Below, piece by piece: positions 10,001 to 20,360 of a stretch of 64,000 bases of DNA; position 1 is the first letter of the stretch; each line of letters begins with the position of its first letter. This stretch comes from Desulfobacterales bacterium (lineage in GTDB: Bacteria > Desulfobacterota > Desulfobacteria > Desulfobacterales > UBA5852). The position numbers and the translations under genes were made by a program. The DNA lies in contig CAXXVS010000003.1 in the NCBI GenBank assembly GCA_963674755.2, positions 1,792,001 to 1,856,000 of the forward strand, written 5' to 3'. The notes under the pieces were generated by a model. The model saw only the letters and a program-made list of their open reading frames with translations, did no database searches and had not been told where the DNA came from.

Positions 10001-10773
10001 TGACCCAACACCTCCCTGTTTGCGATACGCACAAAAAATTCGTTATATTCCAATCGGTTTATGGCCGTGCCGTGAGCCGGTTCGAAATGCCCACTTGGAC
10101 TTTGGCACGCCATCCTTAACCTTGGCCTGCAAGAAATTAGTGCAGATGCCATCGATTATCAATCGATCGTCAACAAACCTCCTGTGAAGGCCGATTTGCG
10201 GCCTATCCCCTATTTCCACTCCGGTGCGCGCTGGATCCCGCATCTGACGCGTCAGGACGGCGGCTCGGCCTGCAAAACAATGGACATCTTTTAGCCATAA
10301 GAGGACCTGACATTTCGCCGTTCTAACCGGCGCCGATCCGGCCCGTATGGGAAATGCAGCCCGGGAAGGATATGCGAGGGGATGAGCTTCAAGACGATGG
10401 GCGCATTCTCTATCCGCCCGCTATTGTGAAGTTCATAAGGCAGGGGCGTCTTGAGAATACCCTTTCGACCTGCTGCGGGAGGGATGCCGCAGCACCTGGG
10501 AAGAGCGTTGCTCATGGAAAAACGGGGGGGAATCAAGGGCGCCGGCAGAAGGGCGCCGATTCATTTCGACAGATAGGCCCGCTTTGCGCTTCGAGCCCAG
10601 CCCTCCACCTCTGGTGGTAGACCTGGAGAGGTTAAACCGATCTGCTCGGCCCTACAGCACACCGAGCATCCATCCTTCAGGCTGGACGCCGGAGTTTACG
10701 CGCCGGGGTAGTCGATGCCGATGTCGCGGTCGAAAGAGGGCAGGAGGCCCTTCGTCAGTTTTAGGATCAAGTT

Positions 10774-11547
10774 CTACTGCAAATATTTTTCCAGAAAGGC
10801 TTTGGCGCGAACTTCGGCATCATCTGCCGCCGGCTTGTCATATTTCACGTGATGGCCCATATAGATTCTATTGCACCCGGGAACATCAAAACAGTGATAG
10901 GCGTTGGGGTAAAAAACAAAATCGGCTTCGTGCACGCCCCTTGGCGCTGCCTCAAGGTCATGGCATGCCTCGGCAGGCGTCCAATCGTCACTTTCACCCT
11001 TTAAGACGAGCAGCGGTGATGTGTTGGAGGCAAGATTGCCCGTACAATCCGGATAGAATGCGATCGCCGCCGCGAAAGGGCTTTCCACAGGATCAGGCAG
11101 ACATTTTCCATTGATGGCGCACATCGCCGTTTCTCCGCCCTGCGCGAAACCCATCAACGCGATACGATCCGCTTCGATGAATGGCAGGCCGCTCAGGTAT
11201 GCTTTTGCCGCCAGGGCGTCATACGTTCTTTCCTCTTTGGACACCTCCCCCTGGCATCCATGAACAACCCATCGGGGGCCGAAGCTGTCCACGATCAGGG
11301 TGGCATATCCCCAGTCATTCAACCTTTCGGCCCACATACGGGATCGTGGCGCCACGCCGCTGCACCCATGCAGCAAAATGACGGCGGGAAATGGCCCGTC
11401 GCCTTCCGGTTTGGACAGATACGCCTTAAGTTCAAGCGGTTCCGCCTTTTGCTGGGCGTAAGGGGCCTCAGACGCAAACTTGACCACGTTCGTGCAGGCG
11501 GACAAAACCATAAGAAGCATAACTAAAAAAACAGATCTCCGTGTCAT
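10774..11547 (-). CDS. Dienelactone-hydrolase-family alpha/beta hydrolase, probable lipoprotein
   Basis: Lipobox LSAC; PAVILLHGCSG, GFAQGG, FYP, DDWTP, YPNAYHCFD. Start could be 11556. Confidence 0.85.
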   Translation of the reverse strand: MTRRSVFLVMLLMVLSACTNVVKFASEAPYAQQKAEPLELKAYLSKPEGDGPFPAVILLHGCSGVAPRSRMWAERLNDWGYATLIVDSFGPRWVVHGCQGEVSKEERTYDALAAKAYLSGLPFIEADRIALMGFAQGGETAMCAINGKCLPDPVESPFAAAIAFYPDCTGNLASNTSPLLVLKGESDDWTPAEACHDLEAAPRGVHEADFVFYPNAYHCFDVPGCNRIYMGHHVKYDKPAADDAEVRAKAFLEKYLQ

Positions 11548-11869
11548 CGCTGTCATCCTTATCCGAGTTCTTGCGTTTTGACTATCGATCATGGGTCGCG
11601 TGGCTTGGTTAAGACGGCGGGGGACAACTATTTTGGATATTGTGAATATGAATGAAGGGTTAGACAGCATAGCGCCCGGATCCAAATAGATGGCTTGCGA
11701 TCGTGCCGGTTTGCTCTGAAAGACCGAGAGACGGGTCAAAGAAAAGGGTTTGATACCGCATTAAGAATCACACCAGCTCAAAAGGTTACAATCGGAAACG
11801 GATTTTAAAAATTGGGGGCAGTCTATATCCTTCATCAGTAGGCCGCCTGAAGCGGAAAGAGGTAAACCA

Positions 11870-12250
11870 ATGAAAAGTGATGGCGTGCAGCAACCCGAAT
11901 CCAATTTATCGCCTGACGCTCCGGCGGAAGATATTATGGTGCCGGCTGGCAACCTGATCGTGTGGTTGTCGGCATTGTCGCCGATCGTGGGGATCTTTTT
12001 CGAGATGCTCGGTATCGTCCTGATCGGTGTGCCTTGGCTGATCGTCCCGGATGTTATAGCTCTTGGCTTGAGCGTTTATCTCGCATACCTGGACCGAAAA
12101 AAACTCGAGGCTAAAGGGTATGACACATCCAAGCTAGGGCCGCCCTGGCTGGTGCCGATTTACCTGTTTAAGCGGGCACGCATGTTGAAGCACAAGTTGA
12201 CGTATTTCATTGTCTGGTGTGCGCTCTGTGCCGGGCTGGTTTTATTGTAA
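11870..12250 (+). CDS. Hypothetical membrane protein
   Basis: GAGG RBS; about 3 hydrophobic segments; PxYLFKRA motif. Confidence 0.7.
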   Translation: MKSDGVQQPESNLSPDAPAEDIMVPAGNLIVWLSALSPIVGIFFEMLGIVLIGVPWLIVPDVIALGLSVYLAYLDRKKLEAKGYDTSKLGPPWLVPIYLFKRARMLKHKLTYFIVWCALCAGLVLL

Positions 12251-12322
12251 TTCATTTCAGCGGAGGCAATGACGTCGGCCCATCTTCCCGAATGATGCGC
12301 CAATGGACGGCCTTTTGGCACC

Positions 12323-13093
12323 TCACTGGTTGCGGCCGGCCATGACGCCCCCGTCCACATCCCAGATAGCTCCCGTAACCCAGCCGGCGTCATCCGATAG
12401 CAGGAAATCGATCACTGCGGCCACGTCATCCACGCGGCCCACCCGGCCGATGGGATGAAACTCGTTGAACCCGGCCAGGGTTTCCTCGATTTTGTCGGGA
12501 TCGATAAACGCGCCGTAGATAGGGGTCACGACAACGGCCGGCGAAACCGCGTTGACGCGGATGTTGAATTCGGCCAGTTCCATGGCCAGATGCTGGGTCA
12601 GGGAATGCAGTCCGGCCTTAGCCATGGAATACGCCGAGGAAGGCGTTGCCTTGATCGCCTGTTTGGCCCACATCGAGCCGATGTTGACGATGGCGCCGCC
12701 ACCGTGCGTTTTCATGTTGCGGGCCACAGCCTGGGTAATGAAAAAAAAGCTTTTGTTGAGGTCGAGGTGTTTGGCATAGTCGGACTTGGTGTGTTCCAGG
12801 AAAGGCGTGGGATTAAACGTGCCGGCGGTGTTCACCAGGTACTTGACATGGCGGGCCTCCTCTTCCAACTGTGCTCTAAACCGATCGACTTGACGTTCAT
12901 CCTGAAGATCGACGGCTGCGGTTTGCACCGTTCCGTCGGCGGCCAGTTCGGCCCGGGCCTTTTCCAGCCGATTCTGGTTGTGCGCCAGCAGCATGACCTC
13001 GGTGCCACGCCTGAGGAGGCGCTTGGCCGTTTGTTTGCCAATACCGCTGGAGCCGCCGACGATCAGTGCTAAGGGGTTTGTGGATGTTGGCAT
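12323..13093 (-). CDS. SDR-family NAD(P)-dependent oxidoreductase
   Basis: [37 protein letters not shown]. Confidence 0.93.
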   Translation of the reverse strand: MPTSTNPLALIVGGSSGIGKQTAKRLLRRGTEVMLLAHNQNRLEKARAELAADGTVQTAAVDLQDERQVDRFRAQLEEEARHVKYLVNTAGTFNPTPFLEHTKSDYAKHLDLNKSFFFITQAVARNMKTHGGGAIVNIGSMWAKQAIKATPSSAYSMAKAGLHSLTQHLAMELAEFNIRVNAVSPAVVVTPIYGAFIDPDKIEETLAGFNEFHPIGRVGRVDDVAAVIDFLLSDDAGWVTGAIWDVDGGVMAGRNQ

Positions 13094-13192
13094 GATTTGT
13101 CTCCTATTGGGGGATATGCGTGCGGTAGCCTTAGAACAGATCCGGCTGGATCTCGACATGGCCCTCGAGGTCCATCAGGCGCTGATCAGACG

Positions 13193-13702
13193 TTACCAGC
13201 CGTAGCCGCCGCGACATCCACCGTAAGCCGGACCGCGGGCCGCATCGGGCACGATCTTGCGCATCGCCAGATTGTAGTCCAGCGCGTACTGGTCGTACTG
13301 GGCCCTCAATGCCGACAGCTCTTTCTGAAGGGATTCGAGCTGGGCCCGGTCGGGGTTCGGCTTGTTCAATTCCTCCTGCATGGCATAATTTTTTTGACCC
13401 ATCTCATCCCGTAGATCCTGGGTCTGATCGTAGAACTTCTGCCGGGCGTTATCGAGCTTGTTGTATTGGTCCTGGGACAAGTTGCCACAGGCCGGTCCAT
13501 AGCCCGGACCCATCATGGGACCATAGCCGGGGCCCATCATCTGGCCGCCGTAACCACCGTAGCCCATCATGGGACCGTGGCCGCCGTAACCCATCATGGG
13601 ACCGTAGCCCCCGTAGCCGCCATGGGCCCAGACGGTGCCGGCGCCGGCGAGCAAGAGGATGGCGCTGATAATGAGTGCGTTGCGAAGGTTTACTCTTTTC
13701 AT
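13193..13702 (-). CDS. zraP: ZraP/Spy/CpxP-family periplasmic protein
   Basis: Signal peptide; Gly/Tyr/Met-rich repeats; helical core (LSQDQ...PNPDRAQLESLQKELSALR); sigma54 promoter upstream. Confidence 0.8.
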   Translation of the reverse strand: MKRVNLRNALIISAILLLAGAGTVWAHGGYGGYGPMMGYGGHGPMMGYGGYGGQMMGPGYGPMMGPGYGPACGNLSQDQYNKLDNARQKFYDQTQDLRDEMGQKNYAMQEELNKPNPDRAQLESLQKELSALRAQYDQYALDYNLAMRKIVPDAARGPAYGGCRGGYGW

Positions 13703-13755
13703 CGGTCGATCTCCTTTTGGGGCTGTTGATGAAAAAGCATTGTCTTGTGAATATC

Positions 13756-13770
13756 GCAAAGCACGTGCCA
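13756..13770 (-). promoter_or_regulatory. sigma54 (-24/-12) promoter
   Basis: TGGCAC-GTGCT-TTGC on the minus strand, about 54 nt upstream of the zraP-like start; perfect consensus. Confidence 0.88.
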
Positions 13771-14359
13771 GTCTTCGCGGCAGCCAGGTTTTCTATCGAT
13801 AACTATCCGGGATCCCATGCGATCGGTCTTTTTGTGCGACGATGCGCCATTACGGTGATCTCTGTCGCACTGGGTAGAAGTGACACGCTTCAGGGGATGG
13901 AGGGCAGGACCACCTGTAACCTATTTACACAGTGGCCGGACGGAATCAGAAGCGCGGGATGCGAATGCCGGAGAGGGGATGGTTGCGGCGGGCATTGCCG
14001 GAGCAGGGCGTCAGGAGAACCGGTCAAGACAATCGCCGACTGAACGACCGTTATCTTTTCCCTGGCTCACGCCATCAAGCGCGTGCTGAAAACTTGTCTG
14101 TTGACGCGCTGAACGAGAAATGAAAAGACTCATGCGGCTAAGGCCGGCGTTCAATCTGCATATCGCATATCTCCTTTTCTGCCACTGCCCTGGATCGGGA
14201 AACGCATCGACGACTATTCAACCGGTCGCGGTCATCACTGCCCCTGAAACGGTTGGGAATCCGTTGCTCTTTAGCGTGCCGACCATATGAAATTCGGGAA
14301 CGGCATGCCACCGGATTCGCCCCCTGGCTGTCAATACGATGAGTCTATTTGAGGGGAAA

Positions 14360-15100
14360 ATGATGAAAAAAATCCTGATATTAATGGTGTTATGGTACCT
14401 GCCATTGCCGGGCGTTCTGGCGGGACCGCCTTTTCGCACCGACGACCCCGTGCCGGTCGATTACAGGCACTCTGAAGTGTATCTATTTTCAGCCGGGACC
14501 CGCGAGAGCGGAGGAACGAGCGGGGTGGGTCCGGCCGTGGAGTACAATTACGGATTCAGGCCCGATATGATGGTGCATCTTATCCTGCCTATGGCGTATA
14601 ATGACCCCGAAGAAAGAGACGCGCATTTCGGTTACGGCGACACCGAGCTTGGGCTAAAGTACCGCTTCGTCCACGAAACCGATGTCTTCCCAATGATCGG
14701 AATATTTCCGCTCGTCGAAATTCCCACGGGTGACGAGGACGAGGGGCTGGGCAATGGGGAGGCCCAGTGGTTCCTGCCGGTCTGGCTCCAAAAGGACTTC
14801 GGCAAATGGACAACCTATGGCGGTGGCGGGTATTGGATCAATCCGGGTTCCGGGAACAAGGATTATTGGTTCTCCGGCATCCTGCTGCAATATGCGTTTT
14901 GCGACCGTTTCTATCTGGGAGGGGAAACCTTTTACCAGACCGCCGACACGGTCGGTGGCCAGGACGCCTTCGGTTTTAATGTTGGCGGCGGTTTGCAGCT
15001 CGTGAGGGGCGTGCAGCTTCTGTTTTCGGCCGGTCGCGGATTGACGAACACCTCGACCAACCGCTTTTCATATTATATCGCCCTCTACCGGGCGTTCTGA
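14360..15100 (+). CDS. Outer-membrane beta-barrel protein (MetA-pathway/'transporter' family)
   Basis: Signal peptide; GPPFRTDDP; GYGDTELGLKYRF; PTGD; alternating beta-strands; C-terminal Phe. Confidence 0.8.
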   Translation: MMKKILILMVLWYLPLPGVLAGPPFRTDDPVPVDYRHSEVYLFSAGTRESGGTSGVGPAVEYNYGFRPDMMVHLILPMAYNDPEERDAHFGYGDTELGLKYRFVHETDVFPMIGIFPLVEIPTGDEDEGLGNGEAQWFLPVWLQKDFGKWTTYGGGGYWINPGSGNKDYWFSGILLQYAFCDRFYLGGETFYQTADTVGGQDAFGFNVGGGLQLVRGVQLLFSAGRGLTNTSTNRFSYYIALYRAF

Positions 15101-15218
15101 TTCGTTTCAACCACCGTCGATAGGGATTGTTGGAGGTGTCGTACCACCCCTTCGAGCATCTCCCAAATTCTTTGCCGGGCATGTTTGTGCAGCTTGTCAA
15201 CAACGTCCCCGCTAACCC
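15037..15218 (+). repeat. 182-bp direct repeat, copy 1 (3' end of the OM gene plus downstream DNA)
   Basis: Aligns without gaps to 26191-26372; about 13 mismatches by eye. Confidence 0.95.
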
Positions 15219-15677
15219 TCCTACCTGAAGCCTTAGAAGCAAAATATTTGTAATTGCGTTTTAGGGAGTGATTTTTCTGACAAGCATTCGGGGCTATTGG
15301 TAAAATTACCGGAATCCAACCCGATATTCAGCTTATTGAATGTTATCGGCATTCGAGCGTCGGTTCATTCAAACACAATATGTGTGGTGGAGCTTTATCC
15401 ATACTACAGTGGCACGCTACAAGCGTTTTCTGCATTACCATTTTCCATGTGATAGATGAATCTATATTTGAATCGGTCGGAGGAAAATTTTCTTCAACAA
15501 ATAACCATCTTTATTTGTAACACCAAATGTAGTAGTCGATTGAATTGAGAGACTGCAAACTGTGCAATATTGGCAAAAGTGCTTTTTCCAGGCGCCATTC
15601 GCTATCGATTAAGCCAAAAGGCTTTGTTTTCTAAAAACACGAGATAATCTCGAAGGGATCAGAAAGGAAACGCTGTT

Positions 15678-16058
15678 ATGACAAAAGAACTATTGGAAAA
15701 GGGTATCGAAAAACGCATCGAAGTTTTCGGATCTGAACGTATTAAATCTACGCTATATGAGGCGGACGATTTCAACAAACCCTTTCAAGAAGCGATGACC
15801 GAATGGTGCTGGGGGTTCGGCTGGGGTGACGATACGTTTGATCCGAAAACACGCTCCATGCTGAATTTGGTGATGATCGCTGCTCTAAACCGAATGGATG
15901 AATGGGAGTTACATCTGCGTGGCTCACAACGTACCGGCGTTAGCAAAGAGGAAATTCGCTCGCTGATTCACATCGTTGGAATCTATTGTGGCGTACCGGC
16001 GGCAGTATCATGTTTCCGTATCGCCAACAGGGTATTCAAGGAACTCGAAAGTGAATAA
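15678..16058 (+). CDS. Carboxymuconolactone decarboxylase (CMD/AhpD-like) family protein
   Basis: EWCWGFGW...KTRSMLNL...ELHLRG...GVSKEEI...YCGVPAA; AAGGA RBS. Confidence 0.9.
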   Translation: MTKELLEKGIEKRIEVFGSERIKSTLYEADDFNKPFQEAMTEWCWGFGWGDDTFDPKTRSMLNLVMIAALNRMDEWELHLRGSQRTGVSKEEIRSLIHIVGIYCGVPAAVSCFRIANRVFKELESE

Positions 16059-16086
16059 CCGAAACTACGGTTCAGGGCAGGGATAC

Positions 16087-16254
16087 CGGTTTGCCCTCTT
16101 TCGCACGGATCACCACCGACCGATCCCCCATCCTGCCGACCATTAAAATGGATCCCGGGGCTTCCCTCGAAGTTCAAGTTCCAGGGCGTTTTCCTCGATA
16201 CCTTTTACCAGGATCTGTTTCAGGGCATTCTGGATCTGAAAAACGGCTCGCAGG
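16087..16254 (-). pseudogene. Degenerate C-terminal fragment of an IS481-like transposase
   Basis: Across two frameshifts it reads PA-RF(F)QIQNALKQILVKGIEENALELELRGKPRDPF(Y)MVGRMGDRSVVIRAKEGK, resembling integrase-core transposase C-termini from recall. Confidence 0.55.
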
Positions 16255-16298
16255 AAACATTTATTGTCAAGAACTGGCGATTAGGACACAACAGGCCT

Positions 16299-17687
16299 CT
16301 AACAAAAAAGGGTGTACAGTGATCTTACATCGGCCAATTTTTCAAAATTTTTTATTTTATCGACTGCTTTCTCAATATTCTCATCTGCAATGTTTCTGCC
16401 CGCTTTTTGAAGGCACATCCGAAATTTTTGTTCACATTCTTGCATATTCATCGGTCGTTTTTTGCTTCCTTTGGCAAAAGGTATGCTATTTTTCAACTTG
16501 CGACCATCTTTCAGTATCAGCTCAATGTTCGTTTTGGTGATACTTTTATTGGACTTTTGGTTAACGGTCGCGTCGACAAACGGAAAGACCTTTTTTTCGC
16601 CAAAGTCGAGAACGTCCGATTTGTTCAAGGCAGCTTTCTGAAAGCTGTCCAGATCAACTTTTCCATCAATCATAGCCGCAGCGGCAACGTAGTTGAAACT
16701 GAATTGCAGGTCTACGATAGTCTCCGGTCTTCTCTTTTTTCCCATCGGCTCACAGCAAATATTGTATGCTGACTGATTCACACCGATGTTAATTTTTTCG
16801 ACGTCCTGCGAAGAAATCCGATTCGTTGCGCAAAGCTCTATAATTCCATCGATGGCACCGTGCAAATGGGTACAGCAGGGATAAGGCTTTATCGTATTCT
16901 CGACCCCATAAAATGTGCGACCGATCTCTTTTGTTAAAATCACTGGATCGTACTGACCTTTTGCAAAAACGTTATAATATCCGAATTTCCCGGAAAAGAT
17001 ATCTTTGGCCCCAGTAATTCCCCTGCTGGCAAAAACGGCGGCAAGAACACCGGCACCTGCGCTGAACCCCTGCTGAAGTCTGATGGTCATGGCGCCGTCG
17101 ACGTAACATTGATTATTTCCGGCCAATTGACTATAGGCAATCCCCAAAGCGTTTTGCATCTGTGCGCTATCAAAGTCCATTAGCTTTCCGGCTACTATTG
17201 CGGCGATGATTGAAGCGAACTGAAATGTGAAGGAAAATCCGCTAATGTTGGACGGAATCGAATTTGCAAGCCCCATTCTGGCAGCCAAATCGGCGGCGAT
17301 CGTTATCGCTGTTAAATATTCCTTTCCACTGACACCTCCGATATAGTCCGAGATCACAAATGCGACAGGAACGCTGGTTGCATTGATATGAATGATAGAA
17401 TCGGGGAATACATCGTCGAAATCCAGAGCCCTTGCCATCATGCAGTTTGCTATAGCGGCATTATGAACGGGCACTCTTTTTTTATAAGTAGAAATGGCGG
17501 CATCCTGACGGCCGCCGATAGATATAATTTCATCGATTACCGTTTGGCAACCTGGGGCGCGGGAACCCGCGATCATCACTCCCAAGGTGTCGATAATATT
17601 TTTTTTCTTTTCTTCAATGGTTTCTTCGGAAATCGATTCGATGTTGCAACCAACAATGTATTCGACAATCTGTTGTGAAATATCCAT
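16299..17687 (-). CDS. MmgE/PrpD-family protein
   Basis: DTLGVMIAG, ALDFDD...H, A-RGITG, KPYPCC. Confidence 0.92.
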   Translation of the reverse strand: MDISQQIVEYIVGCNIESISEETIEEKKKNIIDTLGVMIAGSRAPGCQTVIDEIISIGGRQDAAISTYKKRVPVHNAAIANCMMARALDFDDVFPDSIIHINATSVPVAFVISDYIGGVSGKEYLTAITIAADLAARMGLANSIPSNISGFSFTFQFASIIAAIVAGKLMDFDSAQMQNALGIAYSQLAGNNQCYVDGAMTIRLQQGFSAGAGVLAAVFASRGITGAKDIFSGKFGYYNVFAKGQYDPVILTKEIGRTFYGVENTIKPYPCCTHLHGAIDGIIELCATNRISSQDVEKINIGVNQSAYNICCEPMGKKRRPETIVDLQFSFNYVAAAAMIDGKVDLDSFQKAALNKSDVLDFGEKKVFPFVDATVNQKSNKSITKTNIELILKDGRKLKNSIPFAKGSKKRPMNMQECEQKFRMCLQKAGRNIADENIEKAVDKIKNFEKLADVRSLYTLFC

Positions 17688-17758
17688 GTCTTTTCCATTC
17701 GGCTATAGCAGATAGCCGGCATCAGCCAGCTGATTAACTTTATTTAAATTCCAAATCA

Positions 17759-18943
17759 TCATTGAAGGCTTTGAACGATTTGTTTGAATTCGTCATCTGT
17801 CACCAGGCCTTTCTTTTGAATCCCAACTGCTTTTACTTTCTGAACGAGGTTGTCTATTTGTTGATCGTCGATGTTGAGGTTCAACTTTTCCAGCTTGTAC
17901 TCAATGGACTTTTTGCCGCTCTTTTTACTAAGCAGCACCCCACGTTGGCGGCCGACGACTTCAGGAGAATAGCCTTCCACAGCAGGTGGATAGGAAATAA
18001 GCTGAGCTGCTGTAACACCGCTTTCCCTTTTAAATACGTTTTCACCGACAACGGGTTTGAGAGGCGAGATGGCGATTCCGGAAGACTGTTCGACGAGCTT
18101 TGAAACCTCATACAGCTTTTTCATGTCGATATTGGTATTCATGCCGTATAGATTGGCGGCCAGTGCAAGTTCGGCAAGATCCGTATTGCCAGTTTTCTCC
18201 CCAAGCCCGTTTATCGTGACATGGGCGCAATCGGCACCGCCTTTTACCGAAAAAAGGCTGCAGGATACTGCCATTCCAAAATCGTTGTGGCAATGAGTCA
18301 TAATGGGCAAACCCACCCATTCTTTGAGTTTTTTCGTAAGGTGGTACATTGTTTCCGGTGTCGCAACGCCCAAGGTGTCAACAATCACCATTTCATCCGG
18401 CTGTCCTTCGTTTGCCACGTTGCGAAAGATTGTTTCTAAGAATTCTAAATCGGCACGTGTGGAGTCCACTGCGAAAAAAGCGGTATACAGACCGAGGCTT
18501 TTGGCGTACTGCACGGCATCAATTGCCTTTTTCAGCACTTGGTCGCGGGTGATATGATACGCCTGCATCTTGATGTCGCTGGTGGCAATTTCACAAATCA
18601 CGTGCCTTATGCCAACCTGCACGCAGGCATCGATATCACCGCGAATCGAACGGCAAAAACCCCATATTTCGGCATTCAATCCGGCATTTACAATGAGTTC
18701 GGCAGCCTCTCGATCTTCTGTCGAGACAACCGGCATCCCAGCTTCGATCCGATCAACACCGAGACGGTCGAGTTGCTGTGCGATGCGCAGTTTTTCGTTC
18801 TTGTCAAATGAAACTCCGATCGTCTGTTCGCCGTCGCGAAGAGTGGTATCGTATATTTTCAGCGTGCCAGGAAAATTGTGCTCTCCTACAACGGCAGGAT
18901 CCAGATTCATTTCGCTTGTCCACCAGAGTTTATCGCCAGTCAT
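17759..18943 (-). CDS. DRE-TIM metallolyase, LeuA/homocitrate-synthase-like, no regulatory domain
   Basis: DTTLRDGEQ, IEAG, DTLG, HCHNDFG, GLGEKTGN; 394 aa. Confidence 0.88.
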   Translation of the reverse strand: MTGDKLWWTSEMNLDPAVVGEHNFPGTLKIYDTTLRDGEQTIGVSFDKNEKLRIAQQLDRLGVDRIEAGMPVVSTEDREAAELIVNAGLNAEIWGFCRSIRGDIDACVQVGIRHVICEIATSDIKMQAYHITRDQVLKKAIDAVQYAKSLGLYTAFFAVDSTRADLEFLETIFRNVANEGQPDEMVIVDTLGVATPETMYHLTKKLKEWVGLPIMTHCHNDFGMAVSCSLFSVKGGADCAHVTINGLGEKTGNTDLAELALAANLYGMNTNIDMKKLYEVSKLVEQSSGIAISPLKPVVGENVFKRESGVTAAQLISYPPAVEGYSPEVVGRQRGVLLSKKSGKKSIEYKLEKLNLNIDDQQIDNLVQKVKAVGIQKKGLVTDDEFKQIVQSLQ

Positions 18944-18961
18944 TCTGCGGTCCTTCCCTGT

Positions 18962-20005
18962 TTAGTTCCTGTTATCATCAGATTTTGAATCGTCCATCGC
19001 CATTGCGAGCAGTTGTGCCATGTCGAGAACTTGGATATCGGCCTTAATCTTTTGAACGCCTTTGTTCAATTGCATCAGACAGAATGGGCAGCTTGTAACG
19101 ATTATCGATGCGCCTGTTTTCTCAAGTTGCTCGACGCGGTCCTGGGCAAGTTTTTCGCTCAGCTCCGGGGAAGTCACCTCAAGGCCTCCGCCTCCGCCGC
19201 AACAAGTCGACCACTTGCCGGTTTGGTCCTTTTGCGGTTCAACGAATTCCAACCCGTCGACCTTGGTGAGGATAGCCCTCGGCTCATCGACAATTTCTAA
19301 ATATCGGGACAATTGGCACGGGTCGTGATAGGTGACGCGCGTTTTTTCGGGTAGCTTCAATTTTACATCGGACTCCATCAACCGATCATGAACCACTTCG
19401 ATAAAATGCTTTACCTCAAATTCAAAGCCTTCGATATAGTCGGTGTAATACATTTTTAAAGAATTCGTACAGGCGGGTATCATGCTGACTATTTTTTGTA
19501 TTCCGTATGGCTTAATCGTATCAATGAATTTTGCAGCGTTTTTTTTGAAATCCTGTACAAAACCGGAGTAGTAAAGGGGCGATCCACAGCAAGGTTCGGA
19601 CGATCCCATATATTTCAGCTTTACATTCAGTTTTTGTAAAACCTTGACCGCATCAACAAGAATATCGCTGTATGAGTCATTTTTTCCATAGGACAGAACC
19701 TTTGCCGTTATGCTTGGAATATCCAAATGGGAGGATTTGAGAATTTTGGCAAAGTTCATGGTTTTGTTCATGTCCATGCCGAATTTTTTCATACCTTTTG
19801 CTGCGTTCATTAACTCCAAAGTATACTTCATCGTCTGATAGCCACAGCCGGCAAAAAAAATAAATTCGGCATCTTCATCAAAATTTAATTTTGAAGCCCA
19901 CTTTGAGCGGTCTCCTGAAATGCCAATTGGATTGTCTTTTTCGGTAACCGAATCCTTAATATAAAAATAAGCGCTAGGAATAATATTTTTATGAATTTCA
20001 TCCAT
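18962..20005 (-). CDS. CCG-domain Fe-S protein (GlcF/HdrD-like)
   Basis: FFAGC, EPCCG, VTYHDPC, TCCGGGGG, TSCPFC. Confidence 0.9.
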   Translation of the reverse strand: MDEIHKNIIPSAYFYIKDSVTEKDNPIGISGDRSKWASKLNFDEDAEFIFFAGCGYQTMKYTLELMNAAKGMKKFGMDMNKTMNFAKILKSSHLDIPSITAKVLSYGKNDSYSDILVDAVKVLQKLNVKLKYMGSSEPCCGSPLYYSGFVQDFKKNAAKFIDTIKPYGIQKIVSMIPACTNSLKMYYTDYIEGFEFEVKHFIEVVHDRLMESDVKLKLPEKTRVTYHDPCQLSRYLEIVDEPRAILTKVDGLEFVEPQKDQTGKWSTCCGGGGGLEVTSPELSEKLAQDRVEQLEKTGASIIVTSCPFCLMQLNKGVQKIKADIQVLDMAQLLAMAMDDSKSDDNRN

Positions 20006-20360
20006 TTACAGATTCTCCAAGAGATTGCATTTCGACCAATATTCGTCTAGCCTTTACTATCAAGTCTGTAGTTTTAACGCCCATAGCCATCTGCTTGCAC
20101 AGGTTCTGACATTTTCTACAGGTAGTGCATGTAAATAGAAGATCGGCAAGTTCCTTTTTTGTGCCTATGCCGTAGTTAAAGTGATAATAAATGGCCAAAA
20201 TCCTGCCTACCGGACCTTCCGTATACCAATCCGTATAAAGCGGACAGACGCGAAGACACATCTTGCATTTTTGACAAACCTTCAAAAGATCGATTTCATC
20301 GGAGAGCAGATCGGTGAGTTCCGATCGTCTTTTTTCAATTTCTGAATTCTCAGTCTTCAT
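19998..20360 (-). CDS. 4Fe-4S dicluster protein (split N-terminal part of a GlcF-like subunit)
   Basis: CQKCKMCLRVCP and CTTCRKCQNLC; overlaps both neighbours. Confidence 0.88.
   Translation of the reverse strand: MKTENSEIEKRRSELTDLLSDEIDLLKVCQKCKMCLRVCPLYTDWYTEGPVGRILAIYYHFNYGIGTKKELADLLFTCTTCRKCQNLCKQMAMGVKTTDLIVKARRILVEMQSLGESVNG

Noticed and set aside
10250..10690. Riboswitch in the long intergenic region
   Set aside because: Hairpins are present but I recognise no aptamer consensus; a cmscan would be needed.
13495..13625. Short repeats (ccatcatgggacc and similar) that could suggest a CRISPR array
   Set aside because: They encode the GYGPMMG repeats of the ZraP-like protein; no repeat-spacer periodicity and no cas genes in the window.
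15409..15424. sigma54-like TGGCACGCTACAAGC upstream of the CMD gene
   Set aside because: Poor -12 element (AAGC), about 250 bp from the start, and no activator gene in the island.
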